Positions 18,780 to 29,729 of a stretch of 37,749 nucleotides of DNA are shown in pieces. Below the pieces are notes generated by a model. The model was not told where the DNA came from. It saw only the letters and a program-made list of their open reading frames with translations, and did not search any database. A program made the translations under genes and the position numbers. How positions within the stretch are numbered: position 1 is the first letter of the stretch; the number at the start of each line of letters is the position of its first letter. The stretch is from Gemmatimonadales bacterium (GTDB taxonomy: Bacteria; Gemmatimonadota; Gemmatimonadetes; Gemmatimonadales; GWC2-71-9): NCBI GenBank assembly GCA_041599395.1, contig JBFHWR010000002.1:1-37749 (forward strand), read 5' to 3'.

Positions 18780-19382
18780 TTAGTGAGTGCGTCCGCCGCG
18801 TACTGGCCGTTTGAGCGCGGCCAAGGCCAGTGCGAGCATTGCGATCCCTATCGCGGCACCGCCGAGAGCGACGGCGCCTCGGACCGAAATGGTGGCCCGG
18901 CCTACGATCTCGACGGTGGGCGCTGCGGTCACCGATCCCGGACGGCTCCGATACACGACCGTCGCATCCTCCTCATGGGTCAACACGACCGGGAACACGA
19001 GCGTTTTCTTTCGGGCGTCGCCGGCGACCCGTCCCAGAAACGCGAACTCTCCCAACGCCGGATACCGCACCGCGCCCTCGGTCCACTCGATGTATTGCGC
19101 CGTGGTATCGGTGCCCGGCACGACGGCGAACCTCCAGTCCCCCGGTAGGACGCCGAGTACTGTGACTGCATCGGGGATCTCCACACGCACACCGACGACG
19201 GCGTCATTGGTCGCGTTCACGACGCTCACCGTAAACCGCTCCCACGCGGCCGGTGTGACCGTCCGCGGGTGGATGGTCACTTGTCCTTCCAACACCGAGA
19301 GACGCGCGCCAGCGGGAAGCAGGGTGGCGAGCAACAGCAGCGCGCCGCGCAGGATTCGCGTCCGAGTGTTCGGCGTAGTCAC
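18780..19382 (-). CDS. YcnI/DUF1775-like protein with signal peptide and C-terminal TM anchor
   Basis: The pattern V.I.P......W..FTV.V.N......V.VEIP..V.....P..W....... ..I.W......G.F.F matches the YcnI fold family. GTG 19382 overlaps the UDG stop (GTGA). Confidence 0.65.
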   Translation of the reverse strand: MTTPNTRTRILRGALLLLATLLPAGARLSVLEGQVTIHPRTVTPAAWERFTVSVVNATNDAVVGVRVEIPDAVTVLGVLPGDWRFAVVPGTDTTAQYIEWTEGAVRYPALGEFAFLGRVAGDARKKTLVFPVVLTHEEDATVVYRSRPGSVTAAPTVEIVGRATISVRGAVALGGAAIGIAMLALALAALKRPVRGGRTH

Positions 19383-20080
19383 GTCTGCTCCATGCGCCGG
19401 CGTGCCCGGTGAAAGATGTCGTACCACATGGATTTGGTCAGTTTACCGGTGTTGGTGTTTTGCCGGCTCGGGTGGTAGGAGGCGATGAGGCACTTGCCGT
19501 CTGGGAGCGATGTCTCGGCGCCGTGTGCGAAGCGCGGTCGCTTCGCCGGCGGTAGCGCGGACAACCCGGAAGCCTTGAGCCACCAGTGATGCGCGAGCTG
19601 TCCCAACACGATGGTGACCTCGACGCGCGCGAGCAGGCGGAGTTCGGCGTGCAGATACGGGAGACAGCTCGTGAACTCGGCGGTCGTCGGCTTGTTTCCA
19701 GGAGGTGCGCACCGCGCCGCTGCGGTGATGTAGCAATCGATGAGTTCCAGACCATCGTCCCGCGCTGTCGATTCAGGCTGATTCGCGAACCCGAAGTGAT
19801 ACAAGGCATCATAGAGCCAGTCCCCGCTGGAGTCGCCGGTAAACATCCGCCCGGTACGGTTGGCCCCATGCGCCGCAGGCGCGAGGCCGATGATGAGCAG
19901 GCGTGCCTCTCGGTCGCCGAAGCCGGGAACCGGCTTGCCCCAGTAGGTCCAGTCGCGAAAGGCGCGCCTCTTTGTCAGGGCGATTTCCTCCCGGTGCGCA
20001 ACGAGCCGGGAACAGCGGCGGCACGCGACAACCGCACGGGTAACGGACGCAGGTGACCGCCAAAGGGTGTTGTGCGTCAC
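19379..20080 (-). CDS. uracil-DNA glycosylase, family 5 (UdgB-type)
   Basis: Motif A is GLAPAAHGANRTGRMFTGD (GLAPA is characteristic of family 5). The Fe-S cysteines are C..C...C. Motif B is HPSRQN. The GTG start overlaps the fadD stop (GTGA). Confidence 0.85.
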   Translation of the reverse strand: MTHNTLWRSPASVTRAVVACRRCSRLVAHREEIALTKRRAFRDWTYWGKPVPGFGDREARLLIIGLAPAAHGANRTGRMFTGDSSGDWLYDALYHFGFANQPESTARDDGLELIDCYITAAARCAPPGNKPTTAEFTSCLPYLHAELRLLARVEVTIVLGQLAHHWWLKASGLSALPPAKRPRFAHGAETSLPDGKCLIASYHPSRQNTNTGKLTKSMWYDIFHRARRRMEQT

Positions 20081-21756
20081 GAGCGTTTCGCGAGCTCTTC
20101 CTCACGCAGTTCTCGACGGAGAATCTTGAGCACGGTGCTTTTGGGCAAGCTCTCCCGAAACTCGATGAACCGCGGGACCTTGTACGCCGCCAGTTCCTCG
20201 CGACAGTAGGCTCGCAAATCGTCCGGCGTCACCGTGTGACCTGTGTGCAAGACAACAAATGATTTGACCGTTTCGCCACGCGCCTCGTCCGGGATTCCGA
20301 TCGTGGCCGCCTCCGACACCGCAGGGTGCCCCATCAGCACGCGGTCGACCTCGTCGGGATAGACGTTGTAGCCTGCGCAGAGGATCATGTCCTTCTTCCG
20401 CCCGACGATGTAGAAGTATCCGTCCTCGTCCATGACTGCGAGATCCCCGGTGTACAACCAACCGTCTCGAATCATATCCGCCGTCTCGTCCGGCCGATCC
20501 AGGTACCCCTTCATGACCTGCGGCCCGCGGACGATCAGTTCTCCCTCCTCGCCCGGCGGCAGCTCCCTCGTCCCCGTGTCCATGTCCACGACCTTCGCGT
20601 CCGTGTCCGGCAGCGGGACGCCAATGCTCCCTACCTTTCGGTGGGAGAGCGGATTTGAGTGGGTCACGGGCGACGTCTCGGTCAAACCGAATCCTTCCGT
20701 GATCCGTGCTCCTGTGAGTTCCTCGAATCGGTGCAGCACTTCTACGGGCAAAGGCGCCGACCCTGAGTTGCAGATTTTGATGCTGCTCAAGTCCAGGCGC
20801 TCGACGCCGGGGTATTGATTGATGGCGTTATACATCGCGGGGACGGCGGGCAGCATCGTGACGCGATGTTTGACCACGTTTTTCACGATCGACCCCGTAT
20901 CCCTCGGATTGGGGATCAAGACGAGATGAGCACCCAAGTGAACCCCGACGATGAGGGCAACCGTGAGCCCGTAGATGTGGAAAAAGGGGAGGCACGCCAT
21001 CCAGACGTCCTCCCCATCACTGGCAGCCGTCCACCGGATGAGCTGTTGAGCGTTGCACATGATATTGCGATGTGTCAGCATTGCTCCTTTGGACAATCCG
21101 GTCGTACCGCCCGTATACTGCAGCATGGCCACGTCGTGGTCCGCAACGTCAACGTGTGGCGGAGTCGGTGGAGTTGAAGCGATGAGTTTTCGAAAGAAGC
21201 GAATATGCGATGCGGGCTCGACGCGAGCCGTCATCGGAGGAGTTTGCCGCCTGAGCTTGAGCGGTGCCAAGACATTGAGTGGGAAACTCAGATACTCCGC
21301 GACCGACGCAATCACGAAATGTTGGACAGGTAGCTGGGCACGAACCTCCCTGACCACCCGGTCGTAAAGTGCATCCAGCACGACCGCTACCTTGGCGTTC
21401 GCATCATTCCACTGATGGGTGATCTCGCGGGGTGTGTAGAGCGGGTTGGTCATCACGACCTGCGCGCCGAGCTTGAGCGTGGCGTAGTACGCAATCACCG
21501 TCTGCGGCAGGTTGGGAAGCTGAATGGCCACGCGATCACCCGGTTTTACGCCCAACCCGTGGAGGGCCGTCGCAAACCGGTTCACCTGATTCTCGAGTTC
21601 CCGGTACGATAGGCGCGTGTTCATGAAACTCAGGGCGGTGCGGTCGGGTCGTTCGCCGGCGGACCGCTCGAGTGAGCCGTGAATGGTGTGGGTCCCGTAG
21701 TCGATCGATGGGGGGACACTGTCGTCATAGAATTTGAGCCAAGGGCGTTCGCTCAT
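20077..21756 (-). CDS. fadD: long-chain-fatty-acid--CoA ligase (AMP-dependent synthetase)
   Basis: At 559 aa it is collinear with E. coli FadD. The AMP-binding motif is LQYTGGTTGLSKGAMLTH. GYGLTE-like FGLTETSP, TGD and the C-terminal ..GKILRRELR.. are also present. Confidence 0.9.
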   Translation of the reverse strand: MSERPWLKFYDDSVPPSIDYGTHTIHGSLERSAGERPDRTALSFMNTRLSYRELENQVNRFATALHGLGVKPGDRVAIQLPNLPQTVIAYYATLKLGAQVVMTNPLYTPREITHQWNDANAKVAVVLDALYDRVVREVRAQLPVQHFVIASVAEYLSFPLNVLAPLKLRRQTPPMTARVEPASHIRFFRKLIASTPPTPPHVDVADHDVAMLQYTGGTTGLSKGAMLTHRNIMCNAQQLIRWTAASDGEDVWMACLPFFHIYGLTVALIVGVHLGAHLVLIPNPRDTGSIVKNVVKHRVTMLPAVPAMYNAINQYPGVERLDLSSIKICNSGSAPLPVEVLHRFEELTGARITEGFGLTETSPVTHSNPLSHRKVGSIGVPLPDTDAKVVDMDTGTRELPPGEEGELIVRGPQVMKGYLDRPDETADMIRDGWLYTGDLAVMDEDGYFYIVGRKKDMILCAGYNVYPDEVDRVLMGHPAVSEAATIGIPDEARGETVKSFVVLHTGHTVTPDDLRAYCREELAAYKVPRFIEFRESLPKSTVLKILRRELREEELAKRS

Positions 21757-21927
21757 ACCGGTTTCCGAGGTCGGATGTCGATCAACTATGGCGAGGCGAC
21801 AGAGAGAGCGTCAATCCCCCCACTTGCGGCCGCGAGACCGAATAGGCAACATGCGCGATGTGGTGTGCCTGTCGCCGTCACGTCCCGATCGCGCCGAGTC
21901 ACCATCGGAGATGAGAGAGGAGAACTC

Positions 21928-23265
21928 GTGAGCAGGAGCCGCCAGCCGCCAAATTGCATGCTGTTTACCGTTGCCGCACTCTGCAGCGGACTCACCGGCG
22001 CAGTGACGCCGGCGCGCGCGCAGAACCTGACGCCCGTTGAACAGCGCATCGTGGAGTACGTGGATTCGCATACCGAGGAGGCGGTCGCGCTGCTGGAGCG
22101 GACCGTGAACATCAACAGTGGCACGATGAACCACGAGGGCGTGCGAGCGGTGGGGCGGGTGTTTCGCGAGCCGCTCGATGCGCTCGGGTTTGCTACGCGC
22201 TGGGTCACGATGCCCGATAGTGTTCATCGGGCCGGCCACCTCTTCGCCGAGCGCCGTGGCGATCGAGGGAAACGTGTCCTGCTGATCGGTCATCTGGATA
22301 CGGTGTTCGAAACCGACAGTCCGTTTCAGCGCTTCGAGCGACTCGATTCGCTGGCCCGGGGTCCCGGAACGGAGGACATGAAGGGGGGCAACGTGGTCAT
22401 GCTGCTCGCGCTCGAGGCGCTCCACGCCGTGGGCGCCCTGGACGGCACGCGGATCATCGTCGCGTTCACAGGAGACGAGGAGGAAACCGGTGATCCGCTC
22501 AGCGTGAGCCGATATGATCTCATCGAGGCAGCCGGGCGAAGCGATGTGGCGTTGGGATTCGAGGGGGGTGTGGGGAGCATGCACACGGCGACGATCGCCC
22601 GCCGCGGCTACACGGACTGGTTTCTCCGTGTCCATGGAGAGCGCGGTCACTCCTCTCTCATCTTTGGCGATGAGTACGGGAGTGGAGCGATCAACGAGGC
22701 GGCCCGCATCATCACCGAATTCTACAACGAGTTGCGCGGGGAGCAGTATCTGACGTTTGGTCCCGGCATCGTGCTCGGAGGAACGGACGTGTCGTACGAC
22801 ACCGCCATGGCGCGCGGGACGGCTTTCGGAAAAACCAATGTCATCCCGCAAACCGTAACAGTCGCCGGTGACCTTCGGACGATCAGTCTGGAGCAGCGCG
22901 ACCGGACGAAGGCGCGTATGCGCACTATCGTGGCTCGAAGTCTTCCCGGCACCACCGCAGAAGTGTCCTTTCGGGATTCGTATCCCCCGATGAGCCCAAC
23001 CGAAGCGAATCAAGAGCTGTTCGACGCACTGAACCGGGTCAGCCTCGATCTGGGGTATCCAGCTATCGAAATGATCGATCCCGGCCGGCGCGGCGCAGCC
23101 GACATCTCGTTTGCGGCGCCGCATGTCGGCGCGGCGCTGGCAGGGCTTGGCGTCTTCGGAGCCGATGGCCACACGACCAAGGAAATCGTCGACCTTCGCT
23201 CGATCCCGGTAGCCGCCAAGCGGGCGGCGATTCTGATCTACCGGCTGACTAGGGAGCGTGCGTGA
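21928..23265 (+). CDS. M20 family metallopeptidase (carboxypeptidase G2 / glutamate carboxypeptidase-like), secreted
   Basis: Motifs are LIGHLDTV, PG..DMKGG and FTGDEEETG. GTG 21928 follows GAGAGAGGAG and gives a signal peptide ..CMLFTVAALCSGLTGAVTPARAQ. Confidence 0.85.
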   Translation: MSRSRQPPNCMLFTVAALCSGLTGAVTPARAQNLTPVEQRIVEYVDSHTEEAVALLERTVNINSGTMNHEGVRAVGRVFREPLDALGFATRWVTMPDSVHRAGHLFAERRGDRGKRVLLIGHLDTVFETDSPFQRFERLDSLARGPGTEDMKGGNVVMLLALEALHAVGALDGTRIIVAFTGDEEETGDPLSVSRYDLIEAAGRSDVALGFEGGVGSMHTATIARRGYTDWFLRVHGERGHSSLIFGDEYGSGAINEAARIITEFYNELRGEQYLTFGPGIVLGGTDVSYDTAMARGTAFGKTNVIPQTVTVAGDLRTISLEQRDRTKARMRTIVARSLPGTTAEVSFRDSYPPMSPTEANQELFDALNRVSLDLGYPAIEMIDPGRRGAADISFAAPHVGAALAGLGVFGADGHTTKEIVDLRSIPVAAKRAAILIYRLTRERA

Positions 23266-23307
23266 AACGGGCGGCAGCGGCGCCCGCGTTGGGGACGAGA
23301 GGGGACG

Positions 23308-25323
<2,016 letters not shown>

Positions 25324-25462
25324 TCAAGGTGAGTGGATCTAACTGATTGTGCGACAGCGGGTTATGACAGGGCTGCGCCTCCCCTCAGCGTGAGCACCCC
25401 GGGTGACGGGGAAATGGGGTCATCGACGTGCAGGTCCGCGCTCTCGCTGTGGTCGCATCCTC

Positions 25463-25756
25463 TCATTCTGCGGTCCACACGATCCGCGTGATGCGCTTGC
25501 CGCGTTTGTGGAGCTGGCGAAGGATGGTTGGAGACATGAGCTGGAGCTCCTGCATCCAAGCGGCCGACTTCACCGCGACAAACAGAATACCGCCGGCCGA
25601 GACCGAACGCGGTGTGGACACCTGGGCGATACTGGGGCCGACCAGTGACTCCCATTCGGCGACGACACTCGCTTGCGCCAGGCGTCGGCCGATCCCCGTC
25701 CGGTGGCAATAGGCCTCCAGGGCCTCGCCCACGCGTGTCGCTCGCTTATCGCTCAA
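25463..25756 (-). CDS. DUF721 domain-containing protein (DciA-like, classically between recF and gyrB)
   Basis: The sequence is ..VGEALEAY....GIGRRLAQASVVAEWESLVGP.IA..S.P.S...G.L.V.V.S.AW.QEL..M....L..L.. Start is uncertain. TTG 25756 follows GGAGGA with 4 nt spacing. The longest ORF (25849) would overlap recF by 104 nt. Confidence 0.75.
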   Translation of the reverse strand: MSDKRATRVGEALEAYCHRTGIGRRLAQASVVAEWESLVGPSIAQVSTPRSVSAGGILFVAVKSAAWMQELQLMSPTILRQLHKRGKRITRIVWTAE

Positions 25757-26819
25757 TTGATCCTCCAACGATGCGCCATCTGGGGCGGTCAAACAGCGGT
25801 GCCGGCACTTCTTCGTCGCGAGGCGCCGTGATGATGACCTGTCCGCCAAGCGATTCGTCGATAAGCGTGAGCAACCGCTGCTGCCGCTCCTGGTCCAGCT
25901 CCGCGAAGACGTCGTCGAAGAGCGCGACCGGCTGTGTACCGAGCGACGCCGTCAACGTCTCCGCTTCGAGCAGTCTGAGGGCAATGGCGCCTGTGCGCTG
26001 CTGCCCGGCGGAGCCGAACCGTCTGAGTTCTCGCTCGTCGAGCGACAGCGCGACATCGTCCCGGTGGGGTCCCCGAGTCGTCACGCCGACTCGCAAGTCC
26101 CGGTCCAATACGTCAGACATCGCCTGCTCAATCTCATGCGCCCCGCCCTCCGGCGTCCAGTGCCGAAACCGGTAGGTCATGGCTGCGATCCCGCGCTCCC
26201 CGAGCGCGCCGCAGAGTTCGGTGTATCGCGTCGCCCACCGCGTGATCCAGCGGCACCTGGCAGCCGCCACCGCATGACCGGCAGCCGCCACCGGCCGGTC
26301 AAATGCGCGTGCCTCGTCCGGTCGGCCGCGTCGCAGGGCGGCGTTTCGCTGCCTGAGGGCGCGCCGAAAGTCCGCCAAGCTCGACAGATAGCCTTCGTCC
26401 GACAGCGACAACAGGACGTCGAGATATCGTCGCCGGCCTGCGGGCCCCCCCTCGACAATTATCCGGTCGGCCGGTGACAGCACGACGGCGACCAGCATGC
26501 CGACCGCGTCCACCAATCGCTTCCGCTCAGTCCCGTCCACCGTAATTTTCTTGCGCCGACCGGCAGGCTCGTAGCCGGCGGTGATGCGGTGCGCCGTACT
26601 CGTCCCCGCCAGAAAGAAACCGGCGTCGCCAAAGCGGACGAGCTCCCGGTCGCGCGCCCCTCGCATCGAGCGGAACAGGACGAGGTAGTAGATCGCTTCG
26701 AGGAGATTGGTTTTTCCCTGTCCGTTTGCCCCAATGACGATCGCTCCCGAGGATGGAATCTCCAGATCGAGGGAGGCGAGGTTGCGGAAATTGCGCGCCG
26801 TGAGGGTGGTGAGTTCCAC
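25746..26819 (-). CDS. recF: DNA replication and repair protein RecF
   Basis: The N-terminus is L.ARNFRNL..L.LE with Walker A GANGQGKTNLLEAIYY. The signature-like FGSAGQQRT and Walker B LFDDVFAELD are present. It starts at GTG 26819. Confidence 0.95.
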   Translation of the reverse strand: MELTTLTARNFRNLASLDLEIPSSGAIVIGANGQGKTNLLEAIYYLVLFRSMRGARDRELVRFGDAGFFLAGTSTAHRITAGYEPAGRRKKITVDGTERKRLVDAVGMLVAVVLSPADRIIVEGGPAGRRRYLDVLLSLSDEGYLSSLADFRRALRQRNAALRRGRPDEARAFDRPVAAAGHAVAAARCRWITRWATRYTELCGALGERGIAAMTYRFRHWTPEGGAHEIEQAMSDVLDRDLRVGVTTRGPHRDDVALSLDERELRRFGSAGQQRTGAIALRLLEAETLTASLGTQPVALFDDVFAELDQERQQRLLTLIDESLGGQVIITAPRDEEVPAPLFDRPRWRIVGGSIER

Positions 26820-26825
26820 GCGGGA

Positions 26826-27224
26826 CTACTGCAGCGTGAAGCGCCGCAATCCTGCGGCTTGATTGCCCAGGCTGTCGACGGCTGTCACGGAGAAATTGAG
26901 TATTCCGGGCGGCGCGCTTGCCGTCGGAATGGGATACTCCCCGTGAAAGATCGTATCGTTTGGCATCACGTTGGAGAAGCCGAAGTTGAGCGCCCCCGAC
27001 ACGGCGGCGGTCACGACGACGATCACGGATCGGTCGAACACCTGGAGCGTAACGGAGAGCGTGTCACCGACCGAGAACACACTGTCTCTGGGGGAGGCGA
27101 AGAGAATCAACGGGCCGTTGAGATCGTTGTCCTCTACCGGCAGCGCAAACACCGGGCGATTGGGCTCGCCACAGGCGACCCCGCCGGCCAAGCAGAGCGC
27201 GGCAGCGACGATGCGGAGGCTCAC
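26826..27224 (-). CDS. small lipoprotein, Ig-like beta-sandwich character
   Basis: GTG 27224 overlaps the ogt stop (GTGA) and gives VSLRIVAAALCLAGGVAC (lipobox). The beta-rich remainder ends 6 nt before the recF start. Confidence 0.6.
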   Translation of the reverse strand: MSLRIVAAALCLAGGVACGEPNRPVFALPVEDNDLNGPLILFASPRDSVFSVGDTLSVTLQVFDRSVIVVVTAAVSGALNFGFSNVMPNDTIFHGEYPIPTASAPPGILNFSVTAVDSLGNQAAGLRRFTLQ

Positions 27225-27706
27225 TCGGGTCGGACGGTGCCGGGAAGGGTGCTGTGCGACGCCTCGAGCCTCAGGAGATCCTTCTTGAGCGATAGCCCCC
27301 CTCCAAAGCCCCCGAGCTTGCCGCCCGCCGCGACCACACGATGGCATGGAATCACGATGGGGACGGGGTTTCTGCCGTTGGCAGTCCCCACGGCTCGTGC
27401 GGCACCGGGGCGCCCGATGGCGCGCGCGACCTCGCCGTACGTCCGCGTCTGGCCATAGGGAATGCGTTTCAGCGCAGACCAAACCCGGCGCTCGAAAGCG
27501 CTCCCCGCGAGGTGAACGGGGAAGGTGAACTCGGTGCGGACCCCCTCGAAATACTGGATCAGCTCTCGCGCAACCCGCTTCTCAAACGGGGATCCGGCCG
27601 GACGGCGTCCACGGCGGTCCAGCTGGATACCGGTGACGGTGTCGTCCGTTACGGTCACGGAGAGAGAGGTGATCGTCGACGCGACGGTGAACGGGGTGTT
27701 GGACAT
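27221..27706 (-). CDS. ogt: methylated-DNA--protein-cysteine methyltransferase
   Basis: The active site is IPCHRVV. YGEVARAIGRPGAARAVGTANGRNP is also present. Start taken at MSNTPFT (27706). Confidence 0.9.
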   Translation of the reverse strand: MSNTPFTVASTITSLSVTVTDDTVTGIQLDRRGRRPAGSPFEKRVARELIQYFEGVRTEFTFPVHLAGSAFERRVWSALKRIPYGQTRTYGEVARAIGRPGAARAVGTANGRNPVPIVIPCHRVVAAGGKLGGFGGGLSLKKDLLRLEASHSTLPGTVRPE

Positions 27707-28187
27707 TGAGCTGGCGTCCCTGTGGATCGGCTGTTGCTTCACTCTCCCAAGATACACCGGCGGCAAGCGAAGAGGATGCGGCTCGGGCGGGCATCGTGTC
27801 GCCGATCACGAAATCGGATGCGCCCGGGTCATCCCGCCCGACTTTAGTCAACGGGAATACCTGCCGACACTAGGACATGTCTGGTTGCTCTTCGAGGGCA
27901 GCCGTCCCTCGTGGTGACAAGTTGTCGCGCGGTTGGCAGTCGTTCACCGAGACGCGTCGTGGAAGCTCGAGAATGGTCGAGACCCGATGTGAACGAGCAC
28001 GGCCGGAACGCCGTGGCTGTCCGTTGGAGCAGTCCGAGAGAAGGCACCACGGCGGGGAGCGGCGCAGGTCCTCGAATCCGCGACACAGGGCGACGCCGCT
28101 GCGCGTTGTTGGGCTTGCGTGTTGGGTGGGTCCCGACGCACGGCGGGCGGGATTGTGTTTGGAGGGTTTGACCAGCTGGAGCTGCGT

Positions 28188-28670
28188 ATGAGCGATGAGG
28201 TGAAGCGGGCGGTTAAGGTTCGACTCAACGCGTCGGGGACGCGCCTCATCGGTTATGTCCAGCTTCGTCCGCACGAAAACCGCATCTCCGATCGGCTGAA
28301 CGATGGCGATGCGTTCTTTGTTCTCGATACGCCGGACTCGGTTGAGGGAGGAGCCCAATGTGTGGCCGTGTTCAAGGATGCGGTGAGTTACGTCGAGGCG
28401 CTCGAAGAGCCTGAGCGCTTGCACCGAAGGCGAATCGCCGGCGATTTTCATTGGGTCACGGTAGAACTCATCCGGCCCAAGGCGACGCTCATGGGAGAGT
28501 TATTCGTGCCACGGGGTGCCGCTGTCACCGATGGCCTCAACGATTGCCGTCGGTTCATCAATCTCAAGAATGTGACCTTTTCAGATTCCAACGAACAATA
28601 CGGATTCCTCGCGCTGGGGAAGAGCCAGTGTCGCATGTGGGCGCTCCTCAGGCCCAAAAAGACTGCCTGA
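28188..28670 (+). CDS. hypothetical protein built from two copies of one ~70-aa domain
   Basis: ATG 28188 follows GGAG. The halves align as V.V.L......L.G...........D.LND...F..L (VKVRLNASGTRLIGYV..RISDRLNDGDAFFVL against VTVELIRPKATLMGEL..AVTDGLNDCRRFINL). The opposite-strand ORF 27870..28451 has a junk-like composition. Confidence 0.6.
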   Translation: MSDEVKRAVKVRLNASGTRLIGYVQLRPHENRISDRLNDGDAFFVLDTPDSVEGGAQCVAVFKDAVSYVEALEEPERLHRRRIAGDFHWVTVELIRPKATLMGELFVPRGAAVTDGLNDCRRFINLKNVTFSDSNEQYGFLALGKSQCRMWALLRPKKTA

Positions 28671-28823
28671 ACGAGAGGTTCCAGTCAGGCCGTCCTCCCG
28701 AAATCACGCACCGCCGCTTTCCTGCGCCCCGCATATTGTTCCCCGACCGCGCGCCCTGCTGCTGGCGTGAGGCGTTCGCCGCCGTAACTTTCCGCCGAAG
28801 AGCGGCCGGAGAGTGAACCCAAC

Positions 28824-29720
28824 ATGACCAGGTCGAAGTCGGGCCTTTCGCGTCTCGCTGTTTGTGTTCTGGCGTCGGTTGCGGGCTGCAAACCCGCTGC
28901 GCCGGACCCAGCCGTCACGGGAGTGACGCGTGCGGGTGTCTACTACGAAGCCACTGGGAGTGGTACCGCCGTGGTACTTGCGCACGGCTTCAGCCTCGAC
29001 CGGCGCATGTGGGAGCCGCAGGTTGACGTGCTGGCAGAGCACTACCAGGTGATTCGGTACGACCTTCGGGGCCACGGCAAATCGGTGGCGGCTTCGACAC
29101 CGTTCCAGGCGTATGACGATCTGGGCGCGGTGCTGGACGCGGTTGGTGTCGATCGGGCGGCGATTGTGGGCCTGTCATTCGGAGCGGAAATTGCGGTCGA
29201 CTTCGCGTTACAGTACCCCGACCGCGTGACGAAACTCGTGTTGCTCTCACCTGGGCTCAGCGGATACGTGCCGACGGAGCCGTTCACGTGGTTCCAACCG
29301 GTGGCTGAAGCACTTCAATCCGGTGATGTCGAGGAGGCCGCGAGGCGCTGGGCCGACTCGCCGCTCATGGCGGTCTCCGACAGCGCGGCGGCAGAGGTCA
29401 TCCGCGCCTTGGTCGCCGATAACGCGCGCGTGTGGTCGTACACGAGATACGATCGGTCGCCCGAGCCGCCTGCCGTCGCGCGCGTCGCTCAACTCAAGAC
29501 ACCGATGCTGGTCGTCATTGGCGAGCGCGACCTCCCGAACATCCACGGCGTGGTCGATACCCTGGTGACGTGCGTCGTCTCGGCGAGAAGAGTGACGATA
29601 CCGGGCGGGCGCCACATCGTGAACCTGACGGCGCCCGCTCTTGTCAATCAAATCGTGTTGGACTTCCTGCAAGACGAGTCGATGTCCCCAATGCCCTCGG
29701 AGCCGAGTCCCTGTGCATGA
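28824..29720 (+). CDS. alpha/beta fold hydrolase, lipoprotein signal
   Basis: The lipobox is LASVAGC. The HG oxyanion motif is VVLAHGF, and RYDLRGHGKS follows. The nucleophile elbow is GLSFGA. A late His lies in GGRHIVNL. Confidence 0.85.
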   Translation: MTRSKSGLSRLAVCVLASVAGCKPAAPDPAVTGVTRAGVYYEATGSGTAVVLAHGFSLDRRMWEPQVDVLAEHYQVIRYDLRGHGKSVAASTPFQAYDDLGAVLDAVGVDRAAIVGLSFGAEIAVDFALQYPDRVTKLVLLSPGLSGYVPTEPFTWFQPVAEALQSGDVEEAARRWADSPLMAVSDSAAAEVIRALVADNARVWSYTRYDRSPEPPAVARVAQLKTPMLVVIGERDLPNIHGVVDTLVTCVVSARRVTIPGGRHIVNLTAPALVNQIVLDFLQDESMSPMPSEPSPCA

Positions 29721-29729
29721 GGGAGACGC

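Noticed and set aside
28081-28150. Superficial resemblance to a c-di-GMP-I (GEMM) riboswitch: CACAGGGC ... GACGCA
   Set aside because: Only two short strings match. The spacing between them is about twice the usual. I see no GNRA tetraloop/receptor arrangement or the expected P1/P2 pairing. This cannot be supported without a covariance-model scan.
27870-28451. 193-aa minus-strand ORF overlapping the long spacer and the 5' half of 28188..28670
   Set aside because: It has no recognisable motifs and a junk-like composition. The plus-strand ORF has an RBS, an internal domain duplication and protein-like sequence.
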